Below are positions 49,453 through 59,680 of a stretch of DNA of 64,000 nt, in pieces. The translations under genes were made by a program, and so were the position numbers. The notes beneath the pieces were generated by a model, which did not search any database, was not told where the DNA came from, and was given only the letters and a program-made list of their open reading frames with translations. Origin of the DNA: an uncultured Candidatus Binatia bacterium (lineage in GTDB: Bacteria; Desulfobacterota; Binatia; Bin18); assembly GCA_965200965.1 (NCBI GenBank), contig OZ241744.1, forward strand, positions 1,152,001-1,216,000. The letters run 5' to 3'. How positions within the stretch are numbered: position 1 is the first letter of the stretch; each line of letters starts with the position of its first letter.

Positions 49453-50484
49453 ATGCGACTCGGACTCGTCAGCAGCTACTCAGGCCCAAAGATGCACGAA
49501 ACCATGAAGGTGATCCTCGAGGCCGAACGGCTGGGATTTGACTCGGTTTGGACCGGCGAAGCGTGGGGGTCTGACGTGGTCTCATTTCTTGCTTTTGTCG
49601 GGGCGCGCACATCCACCATTCGGCTTGGCGCGGGAATTTTTCAGATGCAGGCTCGCACGCCGGCCATGACTGCTATGACCGCCATGACGCTTGACGGGCT
49701 GACCAACGGCCGCTTTTTGATCGGGCTAGGCCCGTCGAATCCACAGGTTATTGAGGGCTGGCACGGCGTGGCCTACGGCAAGCCGCTGCGGCGCTACCGT
49801 GAGTACATCGCCATCATCCGCCAGATTCTGGCCCGAGAGCAGAAGCTGCGCTACGACGGCCAGGAATACCAGATTCCGTATGTTGGCACGGACGCCAGCG
49901 GTTTGGGCAAGCCGCTCAAGAGCATCCTCCACGGCCGTCCCGATATGAAGCTCTATACCGCCTCGATCGGTCCCAAGGGGATCGCCCTGGCGGCCGAGAT
50001 TGCCGACGGGCTGCTTCCGGTGTGGATGAGTCCGGACTGGTGCGCGGACTATTACACGCCCCACCTTGAAGCCGGCTTTGCCAAGGCTGGGAGCGCCAGG
50101 AACAGGCAGGATTTTGATCTGGCCCCCTATGTGAGCTGTGTGCTGGGCGACGATCTTGACGGGTGTCGGGCCCCGGTCAAGGCCAGCTTGGCACTCTACA
50201 TTGGGGGCATGGGCGCGCGGAGCAAGAATTTCTACAACAGCTATGTCCGCAACTTCGGCTATGAGGGACTGGCCACCCAACTCCAAGACCTGTATCTGTC
50301 CGGTCGCAAAGCCGAGGCCCAGGCGGTCGTGCCCGACGAGCTGGTTGACGCCGTGGCCCTGGTCGGCTCCAAGGAACGCATTGCCGAACAGCTGACGCGC
50401 TGGAAAGCCTCGCCCGTCACCACCATGCTCATTGGCACCAGCCAAGTCGAAGCGCTCCGGGTATTGGCAGAACTGTGTCTGTAG
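49453..50484 (+). CDS. LLM-class F420-dependent oxidoreductase (TIGR03559-like)
   Basis: [53 protein letters not shown]. Confidence 0.9.
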   Translation: MRLGLVSSYSGPKMHETMKVILEAERLGFDSVWTGEAWGSDVVSFLAFVGARTSTIRLGAGIFQMQARTPAMTAMTAMTLDGLTNGRFLIGLGPSNPQVIEGWHGVAYGKPLRRYREYIAIIRQILAREQKLRYDGQEYQIPYVGTDASGLGKPLKSILHGRPDMKLYTASIGPKGIALAAEIADGLLPVWMSPDWCADYYTPHLEAGFAKAGSARNRQDFDLAPYVSCVLGDDLDGCRAPVKASLALYIGGMGARSKNFYNSYVRNFGYEGLATQLQDLYLSGRKAEAQAVVPDELVDAVALVGSKERIAEQLTRWKASPVTTMLIGTSQVEALRVLAELCL

Positions 50485-50744
50485 GGTTCGGCAGAGACAT
50501 CAACCGGGCCGAGGCACTACATATCTCTTGGGCCGAACGGCGCTTGCCGCCGTACCAGGGGAAGGGAGCCTTGAGGGTGTGTGCCATGCGGGGAGGCTAG
50601 CGAGGAGGAGCGGTGTGCTAGGGTGTTGACCGTGAACAGCAATGCAACAAGCGGGCCAGGGTCTCCATTGTCAAGTGGATTTTTCGTCACTTCTTCTTTA
50701 ATTTAAATGGAATTTCCAAGTTTTCTGACTAAAGACAGGAACGA

Positions 50745-52391
50745 CTACCTGCATGGGCGTCCCGAAGACGAAGCAGTACCCCTTTCGGCAAGCAGCCTCT
50801 CCGCCAAAAGGCTTGCGATTCGATCAGCGTTCGCCATGATGGTAAGAGTAGGCGGTTTGGCTGGAATGCTGGTGAGCGCTGCTCCATCGACAATATAGAC
50901 GCCTGACAACCCGGCAATCTCCCCTTTTGGGTCCGCTTCATACGGCCTCGGTGACGCGCGCATAGGCACTGTTCCTGCATAGTGTACATCCGTGCCCGAC
51001 GGCATAAGTCGGAAACTGCCTGGAAGCAAGAACGCTCTATAACGCCGCATCACGGCCCTAATCCGTTTCCTGATTCGGGCTGTGCTTTCCGCCACCGCCT
51101 GATCATATCCGCCTTGTAACCGCAGCGCACCGTCCTTTGTCCGAACCCGCAATGTGTGCCGGCTGTAACGACTGCTCAGCCAACAGACTCCCAGTAACAT
51201 CGACGGCTGCATCAAGCGGATCAGCTTTCTTGACTGTGGATAGGAAAATGGCATCTGTGAAATAAAAGTCGATGCTGGAAGAGCGTCAGCAGGGGTAATA
51301 TGACCCGAGGCGTAGCCGCCTTCCAAGCCAGCGTCATCCACCCTGAACGCTAGTTGACTCATTGCGTAGATTCTGTTGTCGGCGAGTTGCGCCCATCGCC
51401 AGCGCGGCAAAAGGAACACGCAAACTGCGATAGGATGGCACTGCAAAGGGACGCTGCCATGCCATCCCAAGGCGTCAAGTACCAGTTTCGCGCTGCCAAT
51501 GGCACCACACGCCAAGATCACCTTCTTGGCGGAAAACCTGACTGTCTGATTGGTGTCAAGCGAATCCGCCACCAAGTCCTGCCCGGCCTCCCGCCGGACG
51601 AGCCGTCTGACAAAAAATCCCCCGCGGTAGGAAAAAGAGGGATAGGTCTTCAACAACTCGACATCGTAGGCCGCAGACCAAATTGACTGTTGAGCACAAC
51701 CCCAGAGGCAGCGGCCACAATACACGCAGCCTAGTCGATCGGCCTGCGCTGTGGTCAATACCGCGTTTCTCGTCCGGCCGATCTTGACGCCCTTGGTCAG
51801 TACATCCGAGCGATTCGCAGCATAGCGTCGATATAAGACCTTCAGGCTATCACTGAGGTCAAGGGGCGGCATGAGAAAGGGGTCGTGTCCGTGCGTTTCG
51901 GACATGTCATCTCCGTTTGTGCCGCTTACGCCAATCCGCTTGGAGATCTTCCGGTACGACGGCTGCAAATCATGGATGGAGATCGGATAGTCCTCGAGGT
52001 CCTGCCCATTGAACATGCTGACCGCTGCGCTCCAGACGTTGGAAAGGCCGCCCCTGGCCAGAGAGCCGACGACGGCGAAATTGTCCGTTTCGATGGCATA
52101 GCGTTCACGGTAGTCCCGGAACACAGTGCTGTAAGCCGGTGAACGAAATTTGGGGGACAGCAGACGGATTTGGCTGCTGAACCATTCAAACTTCTCGCCA
52201 ACAATAGTTTTCCATTGGTCAGGGCTTTGGCGGAGTTCCTGCAAACTGCCCGAAAATTGCTGGCCCGCTGGTTCGTGGGGAGTCCCAGCGTCAAGCATCA
52301 ACACGCGAATGCCTGCCTGAACCAGGGGAAAGGCCGCGGAAACGCCTGCTGGTCCGCTGCCGACGATGATGACTTCCGGCTCAGGTGGCAT
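50745..52391 (-). CDS. GMC-type FAD oxidoreductase
   Basis: IVGSGPAG, GGLSNVW, CVYCGRCLWGC, HYAGT.PM, G.YIVDGA, PTLTIMANA.R. Confidence 0.82.
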   Translation of the reverse strand: MPPEPEVIIVGSGPAGVSAAFPLVQAGIRVLMLDAGTPHEPAGQQFSGSLQELRQSPDQWKTIVGEKFEWFSSQIRLLSPKFRSPAYSTVFRDYRERYAIETDNFAVVGSLARGGLSNVWSAAVSMFNGQDLEDYPISIHDLQPSYRKISKRIGVSGTNGDDMSETHGHDPFLMPPLDLSDSLKVLYRRYAANRSDVLTKGVKIGRTRNAVLTTAQADRLGCVYCGRCLWGCAQQSIWSAAYDVELLKTYPSFSYRGGFFVRRLVRREAGQDLVADSLDTNQTVRFSAKKVILACGAIGSAKLVLDALGWHGSVPLQCHPIAVCVFLLPRWRWAQLADNRIYAMSQLAFRVDDAGLEGGYASGHITPADALPASTFISQMPFSYPQSRKLIRLMQPSMLLGVCWLSSRYSRHTLRVRTKDGALRLQGGYDQAVAESTARIRKRIRAVMRRYRAFLLPGSFRLMPSGTDVHYAGTVPMRASPRPYEADPKGEIAGLSGVYIVDGAALTSIPAKPPTLTIMANADRIASLLAERLLAERGTASSSGRPCR

Positions 52392-52891
52392 CAGGAAATC
52401 CTTGGGGGCCGGCGGCGGCGCAAGATCGAGGACCCAAGGGCCACCGCTGCAATCATCATCTCCACAGCCAGAGGAATGGCCAGTCTCAACACCGCGACAG
52501 GCAGAAGCATACCCTTTCGCAAATGGAACGCTTCGGCAGTAACAGGATGGGTTTCGGCGAGAAGGACGGCGGCTTCCATTCGCCAGGCGAGTTCCCGCTT
52601 ACGGCTCTCTGTTAGCCGCAGGATGGGAAACCGAGGGTCCATCAGCCGTAGCGTCGCAGGAAGCCTGAGGAAAAGGGGCGGCAGGTCAAGGCAACAGCCT
52701 CCTTTCAATTTTTCAACCAGTCTGACATAACGGCTCACGGTTGAATACTGTGCCGCTCGCCTGCTCACATAGCAGATCAGCGCCCTTCCCTCCTCCAGCA
52801 AGCCTCGGCGGACCTTGCCGGTTGCCGTCAAGCCGTCTGCAAACGACTGTGGCACCGACCCAAGGGTTTTGCTCTCCGACTCCGCATCCAT
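52391..52891 (-). CDS. Hypothetical protein coupled to the GMC oxidoreductase
   Basis: Its TGA overlaps the GMC ATG (TGATG); hydrophobic C-terminal helix. The start is uncertain. Confidence 0.55.
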   Translation of the reverse strand: MDAESESKTLGSVPQSFADGLTATGKVRRGLLEEGRALICYVSRRAAQYSTVSRYVRLVEKLKGGCCLDLPPLFLRLPATLRLMDPRFPILRLTESRKRELAWRMEAAVLLAETHPVTAEAFHLRKGMLLPVAVLRLAIPLAVEMMIAAVALGSSILRRRRPPRIS

Positions 52892-53074
52892 AAGCACCGT
52901 GCTCTGCAAGCCCTTCAGTCGCTCGGAATAGCTTTGGGGTATGAATGACCTCCAGGTCTTCCGGCAAAGGCTTCCTGGACCTGGTGCTTGAGGCGGCGTG
53001 AGTAAGGGCGTCAACCTCAAGGAACGCCTGTGGATCGGGCTCCCCAGCCAGACAGGCCGCCCCATCTGAGATGG

Positions 53075-53959
53075 CTAGGCGGTGTGGGCCTTGAAGAAGG
53101 TACCGATCTGGTCAATCGCCTGCTGCCCTTCGGGCAGCATCGGGGCGAACATGTGCCAGACATGGGGCATTTTGTCCCACACCTTGAGGGTCACGTCCAC
53201 ATCGGCCTTGCGCGCCCGCTCGGCGAACCGGGTGGAATCGTCCAGCAGGGTCTCGGCGTCGCCGACCTGAAGCAACAGCGGCGGCAGGCCGGCCAGATTG
53301 GCGTGCAGCGGTGCGGCAAGCGGGTTCTTGGGGTCAGCCCCGCCCAGATACAGCTTGGCCATGCCCAGCAGCCCTTCTTTCTGGACAACCGGGTCGGCCG
53401 CGGCCCGGGTGGTCATTGACTCGCCGGTCCCCTCCATATCGACCCACGCAGAAATTCCAACGCCCGCCGCAGGCAGCGGCTTAGCAGCGTCGCGAATGGC
53501 TAGCAGGGTAGCCAAGGCCAGACCGCCACCGGCCGAATCACCGGCAATCGCAATGTTTGCAGGACGGATGCCTTGGTCAAGCAACCAGCCATAGGCTGCT
53601 ACGGCGTCATCAACCGGGGCCGGAAACGGATGCTCAGGAGCCAGACGATAGTTGAGCGACAGCACCCGCGCACCGGCCGCCCGCGACAGACGCCCGGTCA
53701 TATCGCGGTGGGAGCCGGCCGAGCCCATGACATAGCCGCCGCCGTGGACATACAGAATGACCTTGTTCTTGTCCACGCCGTCAGCGACATGCCATTCCGC
53801 CGACACCCCGCCGGCCTCAACCGGGCTGCACGACACGCCGCTGGGAATCGGCGTGTCGATCATAATCGCCCGCATGGCGCTGATATCCTTTGCCGCGCCC
53901 ATCTTCTCGCCCATCTCTTTGAACATGCCCAGGACCTGTTGCAGTTGTTCGCTGGCCAT
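53075..53959 (-). CDS. Alpha/beta hydrolase, HSL-like esterase/lactone hydrolase
   Basis: HGGGY, YRLAPEHPFPA, GDSAGG, HVW. Confidence 0.93.
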   Translation of the reverse strand: MASEQLQQVLGMFKEMGEKMGAAKDISAMRAIMIDTPIPSGVSCSPVEAGGVSAEWHVADGVDKNKVILYVHGGGYVMGSAGSHRDMTGRLSRAAGARVLSLNYRLAPEHPFPAPVDDAVAAYGWLLDQGIRPANIAIAGDSAGGGLALATLLAIRDAAKPLPAAGVGISAWVDMEGTGESMTTRAAADPVVQKEGLLGMAKLYLGGADPKNPLAAPLHANLAGLPPLLLQVGDAETLLDDSTRFAERARKADVDVTLKVWDKMPHVWHMFAPMLPEGQQAIDQIGTFFKAHTA

Positions 53960-54055
53960 ACTGAACCTCCTTTGTGGTATCGAAGTGTGTCTCTCAAGTA
54001 TTACTCAGACGCGCCCTTGTCAACTCGGAACACCCAGGCTCCGGCCTTCTTTCGT

Positions 54056-54270
54056 ATCCTGCCCTGGATACTGGCCCTGCGATCTCGAGGCCTAGGCTCG
54101 GCCTGGACCACCCTCCATCTTGCCCACGAGCAAGAAGTCGCCCGGCTGCTCGGTATCCCCGATTCAGCGACCCAGGCCGTTCTGCTGCCAATCGCCTGCT
54201 ATACCAGCACGGATTTTAAGCCGGCGCGGCACCGCCCGGGCCGCGGATCTGACGTACTGGAACACCTGGG
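54056..54270 (+). pseudogene. Nitroreductase C-terminal remnant
   Basis: ILP.ILALRSRGLGSAWTTLHL...VARLLGIP...LLPIA...DFKPA.R; no N-terminal half or start. Confidence 0.7.
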
Positions 54271-54306
54271 GCCAGACTCGCTGAGGCCGAACGGCCCCGC
54301 GGTCTC

Positions 54307-55080
54307 TCAGGCCAGGGGCTCGGGCGCGTGTGGAATCTCCTTCCACTGGTCGGGATCATGGCCATAGATGATGCTTGCTCCCTCTTTGTCCCGCAGTGCG
54401 CGCAGCCGGCTGAGAGACTGGTACATCTCTGACTTATCCACCGCGACCGACGGCAGGAGGTCTTGATCCATATTGCCCCGGGTATAGCACGCATCCCCGG
54501 TCAGCACTATCTCTGTGCCCTTGCTGACCTTGACCCGCAGCGACTGATGGCCGGGGGTGTGGCCGTGGGTCGGAATGAGCACCAGGCTGCCATCGCCAAA
54601 AATATCGTGTTCGCCGTCCACCGCCTGGTAGTTGAGCGGATGGTCATAGTCCTGGGGGTCAAACAGAGCTTTGGCCCGCAACTCTGGGTCCTTGGCAGCG
54701 TCAAGTTCCTTTTTCTGGACCAGGAAGGTCGAGGTGGGAAAAAACTCGTTGCCGCCGGCATGGTCAAAGTGAAAGTGGGAGTTGACGATGTGGCTGATAT
54801 CGGCCGGGGTGAGCGCGAACTTGGACAGTTGGGTGACAATCTCCTCGCCCGGTTTCGTCCGCGACACAATCAGCCTGGACACCTCCGGGCCGAGTCGGCC
54901 AACCGGATCGTCCATCACCGTGCAGTGGACGCCGGTGTCAAACAGGACATTGCCCTGGGGATGGGTGAGCAGATAACACGGTACCGGCACGACGATCGGG
55001 ACGTCGGTTTCCTGGTCGGGGAAGAACAGCTTGCCGTCGAGTTCGAGAAACCCGCACGGCATGGAAAAGACTTGCAGCAT
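54307..55080 (-). CDS. N-acyl homoserine lactonase family (metallo-beta-lactamase fold)
   Basis: LFDTG, SHFHFDHAGGN, D.FGDGS...IPTHGHTPGHQSL, LTGDA, GHDP. Confidence 0.85.
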   Translation of the reverse strand: MLQVFSMPCGFLELDGKLFFPDQETDVPIVVPVPCYLLTHPQGNVLFDTGVHCTVMDDPVGRLGPEVSRLIVSRTKPGEEIVTQLSKFALTPADISHIVNSHFHFDHAGGNEFFPTSTFLVQKKELDAAKDPELRAKALFDPQDYDHPLNYQAVDGEHDIFGDGSLVLIPTHGHTPGHQSLRVKVSKGTEIVLTGDACYTRGNMDQDLLPSVAVDKSEMYQSLSRLRALRDKEGASIIYGHDPDQWKEIPHAPEPLA

Positions 55081-55205
55081 GGGGATACCCTCCTTGTCCC
55101 CCGTCATGGCACGAATCGCCGGCAAGGTCCAGGCACGCCAGCCCGTATTGAATTTGCGGAGTATCTGTCATAAGGTGGCTGACTTTCAGACTCACGAGGT
55201 GACCG

Positions 55206-56822
55206 ATGCGCTGTTGGAAGCACTGCTCCCGAGTGGCCGATTTTCTCCGCTGTTCAGCCCGGACAGGAACGCTGGGGCGGATACTGCGGTGCACCGTTGG
55301 CCTCCTGCTCGCCGCCCAACCCCTCTGGGCCAGCCAGCTCGGCGTGCCGGCCAGCAGTCCGAGCGACGGAGCGCTGGGCGGCAATACGGTCGCGCTGCCG
55401 ATGAACGCCAGCACGGCCCTGTTCAACAACCCGGCCCAGCTCAGCCTGCTGCCCCCGTCTTTCTCGAGCGGCCTGATGGCCCTGCGCTTTCACCCCAGCT
55501 ATACCAGCCCGCTGGGCTATGACAGCACCAGCCGAGAACTGCCGCTGGCCCCCAATTTTGGCTATGTGACAGACGCTTTTGGGCCGTTTCGGTTCGCCAT
55601 CGGTGCCTACGGCTCGCTGGGCTTCATGTTCAACCATCGGGCCGACCCGGCCCACGGCGTGCTGAATAACTTCTTTACCGAACTGGCCTCGGTTTCGCTG
55701 GCTCCGTCAATCGCCTACTCGGTGGGGCCGAACCTGCACCTTGGCGTGTCCCTCAACCCGACCTATGGCCGATTGAAATTCAAGACCCCCAGCCCGGCCG
55801 GCCGCCTGGACGTTGATGCCCGTGGACCCGGGGTCTTTGGCACGCTTGGCCTGCTCTACCAGCCGACCGAGAAACTGAACCTGGGCCTCACCTATAAGAC
55901 GCCGGGCAATATCTGGATGTTTGGCAACGCCCGCGTCGCCGGCAGGGGCGACGACAGCACAGTGTCGTTCAAAATCCCCCAGAATGTAAAGCTCGGCTTT
56001 GCCTATCGGCTGACCAACCGGGTAACGCTGACCGGCCAGGGGAGTTGGACCCAGTACTCGGTGTTTGAAGACAGCCGCCTGCGTTTCAGCAAGCGTTCGT
56101 TTCTGAACAGCCCCGCGGTCAGGGACGCCAAAGACCGCTGGCGGATCGGGGCCGGGGTGCAGGTCGAAATCATGCGTGGGGTCAAATTCCGGCTCGGCTT
56201 CTCGTATGAACCCTGGGCGATCAAGGACGCTGCCCTGACCCCGACCCTAGCCGATACGACCGATTATCTGTTTCCTATGGGCTTGGCGATTGAGCGGGGC
56301 GGCTGGCAGATTGATCTCGGCGGCGGCCCTTCGCATACCGAGCCACGCCGGGTGGACCAGAAGGAGAATCCGTTTTTTGCTGGCCGCTATTCGCTGGACG
56401 CGGTGGTCTTTGGTATTCAAGTGACCCGCCTCTTTGAGGGCCCGTCAATTATTCCAAGGACAGAGAGCCGACGGGCTGCCCCGGTGCGCTACGCCGGCGT
56501 CCCGGATAGCTACGCCACGATTTCTGAGGGCCGGGCCGAGACGGTGCTCGGCACGCTCATCGGCCGCCTGGCGGCAGACCAGTGTCACGACCTCAGCCCA
56601 CTCTATCGGGCGGTGCCGGGCTGTAGCTTCGGCATTGAGGTCGTCGGTTTTGTCGGCAGCCACCTGCCGCAATACGCGGCGCTCACTGACGGCCCGGTAC
56701 GCAACGGGCCCATCCCCCCTGCCGCCAGCGAGCCAATTCTCGACAGCCTGATCGAACGCCTGACCGCCAGGCAGTGCCGGGATCGGTCCACCGGTCAGCC
56801 GCCTCTTCCCGGCTGTGTGTAA
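55206..56822 (+). CDS. FadL/TodX-like outer-membrane hydrophobic-compound transporter with a C-terminal extension
   Basis: Signal peptide, ALGGNTVA...ASTALFNNPAQL (FadL hatch NPA motif), amphipathic strands up to FGIQVTRLF. The start may be further downstream. Confidence 0.82.
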   Translation: MRCWKHCSRVADFLRCSARTGTLGRILRCTVGLLLAAQPLWASQLGVPASSPSDGALGGNTVALPMNASTALFNNPAQLSLLPPSFSSGLMALRFHPSYTSPLGYDSTSRELPLAPNFGYVTDAFGPFRFAIGAYGSLGFMFNHRADPAHGVLNNFFTELASVSLAPSIAYSVGPNLHLGVSLNPTYGRLKFKTPSPAGRLDVDARGPGVFGTLGLLYQPTEKLNLGLTYKTPGNIWMFGNARVAGRGDDSTVSFKIPQNVKLGFAYRLTNRVTLTGQGSWTQYSVFEDSRLRFSKRSFLNSPAVRDAKDRWRIGAGVQVEIMRGVKFRLGFSYEPWAIKDAALTPTLADTTDYLFPMGLAIERGGWQIDLGGGPSHTEPRRVDQKENPFFAGRYSLDAVVFGIQVTRLFEGPSIIPRTESRRAAPVRYAGVPDSYATISEGRAETVLGTLIGRLAADQCHDLSPLYRAVPGCSFGIEVVGFVGSHLPQYAALTDGPVRNGPIPPAASEPILDSLIERLTARQCRDRSTGQPPLPGCV

Positions 56823-56854
56823 GCACCCCGTGTCTACACGCAGGGGGTTGGGGC

Positions 56855-57691
56855 TCAGGCTTCCTCAGCCGAGGGAGGGAGCTGCTTTTCATCGAATATC
56901 TGATTGATAGTCTCAGACAAGCTTGTCAGCCCCTCAACACTCCCTTCATAGCAGATTTCCGCGCAAGTCTTCGGTCCGTCTCTTTCGATGACCAGGCCTA
57001 AACGGACCTTTCCTTCTCCAGGTCTCTTGGAAAAATCGGCTAAATAGTTGGCCAATACACCAAGAGCCCGCGATAGGGCGTGAGGATTTTCAGACAAGAG
57101 AGCGGCAGAAACAAAGAGAGTTGGCCCAACCCACTCAGATGAGGCAGTGTGAATGCGTAGGAAATTTTGCCCTTCCCTTCCTATTACCGAAACCGGTATG
57201 TGATTCTCTACAAACAGTTTTTGCACAATAGAGTGTGCCCGAGATAGGTGTGCAAGTTTGTCCGTGGAGGTGCGGGTGTCAAATTGTTCGGGCAGGATGC
57301 CAATACCTTCGGGCCGGGAACAACCTAACTCTTTCAGTTTGCCTGAAACGTTGATATAATCGGAAACCTCTATACGAGAATCTCCAAGTTGCTCAAGGCG
57401 AAAGAGAATGGCGTCAACCGGGTCTGGCTCCGCAACGGGGTGTGCTCTGGCCTTGTAAGCCCCCACCAAGGTCGTGGGGGTTTCCAGTCTATCGAACGCC
57501 TCGCTGCCAAGTTCGGCATCCATCAGTGTCTCAATTCCAGCGACGGCAGCCGCATGATCGGCATCGGGTTCAACGAGTTTCGCCCCTCGCCAGAAAGTTT
57601 CGTCCAGCTCGGGGATATCGCTGAAGTCGATATCTTCGTCCTTCGTGGCCGCGATCTGTGCGGGCGTGAGAGGCTTAGCGTATCTGCTCAT
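56855..57691 (-). CDS. Chimeric ORF: BrnA-like antitoxin N-terminus + HigA-like fragment + unrelated lower-GC domain
   Basis: KDEDIDFSDIPELDETFW..AKL (BrnA-like); IETLMDAE.GSE.FDRLE....LV.AY...PDPVDAILFRLEQ.G (HigA-like); then a lower-GC WVGPTLFVS domain. Confidence 0.65.
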   Translation of the reverse strand: MSRYAKPLTPAQIAATKDEDIDFSDIPELDETFWRGAKLVEPDADHAAAVAGIETLMDAELGSEAFDRLETPTTLVGAYKARAHPVAEPDPVDAILFRLEQLGDSRIEVSDYINVSGKLKELGCSRPEGIGILPEQFDTRTSTDKLAHLSRAHSIVQKLFVENHIPVSVIGREGQNFLRIHTASSEWVGPTLFVSAALLSENPHALSRALGVLANYLADFSKRPGEGKVRLGLVIERDGPKTCAEICYEGSVEGLTSLSETINQIFDEKQLPPSAEEA

Positions 57692-57950
57692 GGTAAGCCT
57701 GCTTTTCCCTGCAGGAGGCGGGACGGGCCGAAATCAGACGCGTACATCCCTCACGGTCGGTATGAACAACCACGATCAACGCCTCGTGTTCCATCTGTCC
57801 GATACTGATATGACGATCTTCGCCATAATTCTTGCGACGGTCAAGTTCTGTCAGAATCGGTCGGTCGAAAATGTGTTTCGCGGTCTCGAAGCTGACCCCG
57901 TGTTTTCGGATGTTCGCCTGATTCTTAGCTTCGTCCCATTCAAATTCCAT
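57675..57950 (-). CDS. brnT: BrnT family ribonuclease toxin
   Basis: MEFEWDEAKNQANIRKHGVSFE, YGEDR..SIG, VVVHT.R, RLISAR.A...E...Y. Confidence 0.92.
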   Translation of the reverse strand: MEFEWDEAKNQANIRKHGVSFETAKHIFDRPILTELDRRKNYGEDRHISIGQMEHEALIVVVHTDREGCTRLISARPASCREKQAYHEQIR

Positions 57951-58217
57951 AGGTGCGCATCTGTTTTCTACGATGACAAAAATGCAAAAAATGTCCAGCT
58001 CTGGCCGGATATTTGCTGATGGAGCCCACTAAAGTCGCCTGAACAAAAGCGGCAATTGCAACGCCCCATCTTTCCTTCTCTTCGGACACTGCACTACTTC
58101 CTAATCAGGTCTGATAATGGATGCTTGAAGCACCCGGCATGGACGCCGCCGGTGCTTCCGACTATACTTGCTGGCGACAGACCGGGAGCCTGACCGTCAC
58201 ACAACAAGGAGAGCGCT

Positions 58218-58865
58218 ATGTTGAAGATACTCGCCACGGTAATCCGCCGCGCCACCGTCTCGCACGACGAACTGGTCAAGGTGTGGGAAACGGTCCACGC
58301 CCCGCATGTGGTCAGGATCGCCAAGCCGGAACGCTATCGGATCACCTTTTTCGATCAAGGCGAGGCCAACGATCATGGGCTGGACGGCATGGCCGAACTG
58401 TGGTTCCACGATATGCAGCACTACGACACGGCCATAGGCCGCAACGCACCGCCCGAAATCATGGACGACCGTTTCAGCGACTACGCCGATATCACCAAAG
58501 GGAGTTGGCTGACAGTGACCGAACACCTCAACGTCAATGGCCCGACCAGCCGGGCGACGACCAAGTTCAGCTTTTTTGTCAAGCGTCGGGCCGAGGTCGA
58601 GCGCGCCGCCCTGGACCAGTACTGGCTTGAGACCCATGTGCCCAAGGTTGCGGCCGCGGTACGGCGCACCCCAAACGCCAGGCGCTACACCGTCAACTTG
58701 GTCAATCCGGCCAAAGAGCGGGAGTATGACGGTATCGCTCAAATCTGGCTGGACGGCGACAGTCCGGGCGCGGTCAAGTTAGTCGATCTGGAGCCGGACA
58801 ACTTTACCGACTTGGTGCAAGCTCCAGTCATGGCCCGGGGCCACGAGATTCGGATTGTAGACTGA
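58218..58865 (+). CDS. EthD domain protein (two domains)
   Basis: W...HAP.V, DGMAELWF; YWLETHVP, YDGIAQIW. Confidence 0.8.
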   Translation: MLKILATVIRRATVSHDELVKVWETVHAPHVVRIAKPERYRITFFDQGEANDHGLDGMAELWFHDMQHYDTAIGRNAPPEIMDDRFSDYADITKGSWLTVTEHLNVNGPTSRATTKFSFFVKRRAEVERAALDQYWLETHVPKVAAAVRRTPNARRYTVNLVNPAKEREYDGIAQIWLDGDSPGAVKLVDLEPDNFTDLVQAPVMARGHEIRIVD

Positions 58866-58888
58866 AATTCAGAAAGGAAGGTACCGGT

Positions 58889-59653
58889 ATGGAGTACAAA
58901 ACTGTTGCCGAAGCCAAAGACCTGCCCGGCCTGCGGTTGGCTCTGACCATCGGCGGTCCGGCCCCGTGGAGCCAGGCGGCCAAAAGCATCCTGGAGGTCA
59001 AAAACATTCCCTATGTCCCGGTTACCCAGCGCGGAGGCGAGGCTAACGCAGAACTGGTGGCCTGGACCGGACACCGCAACGCGCCGGTCGCCGTGTACAA
59101 CGACGAGCCGCCCCGGACCGGCTGGTACGAAATCCTGCTCCTGGCCGAGCGGCTCACCCCTACCCCGTCGCTCATTCCGTCCAAGGTCGAAGACCGGGCG
59201 CTGATGATCGGCCTGTCCAACGAGCTGTGCGGCGAGTTGGGTTTTACCTGGCAGGCGCGCCACATTATGTTCGATACCGTCTTGAAACTTCAGGGCGATG
59301 TCTTCAAGAAGTCGCCGATGTTTTCGGCCTACGGCTACTCGGCCGACAACGCGGCCTCGGCTCCCGCAAAAATCACACCCATCCTCCACGCCCTGTCGGC
59401 CCGGCTGCACACCCAAAAGGCGGCCGGCAGCCGCTATTTTGTCGGCACAGGGCTGACCGCGCTTGACCTGTACTGGGCCAATATGTCGCAGATCATTGAC
59501 CCCTACCCGCCCGACAAGAACCCCATGCCGGATTTTTTTCGGACCCTGTGGGCCCCGGTCCGGGCCGCGGTTGAGTCAGCGATTGATCCAATGCTCATTG
59601 AGCACCGGGACTTCATCTTTGATCAGCACCTCAGCCTGCCGCTCGACTTCTGA
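58889..59653 (+). CDS. Glutathione S-transferase-like protein
   Basis: PAPWSQAAK, NAPVAVY, YFVG..LTALDLYW. Confidence 0.75.
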   Translation: MEYKTVAEAKDLPGLRLALTIGGPAPWSQAAKSILEVKNIPYVPVTQRGGEANAELVAWTGHRNAPVAVYNDEPPRTGWYEILLLAERLTPTPSLIPSKVEDRALMIGLSNELCGELGFTWQARHIMFDTVLKLQGDVFKKSPMFSAYGYSADNAASAPAKITPILHALSARLHTQKAAGSRYFVGTGLTALDLYWANMSQIIDPYPPDKNPMPDFFRTLWAPVRAAVESAIDPMLIEHRDFIFDQHLSLPLDF

Positions 59654-59680
59654 CCCAGCCGGCTACAGAAAGGACACCGC

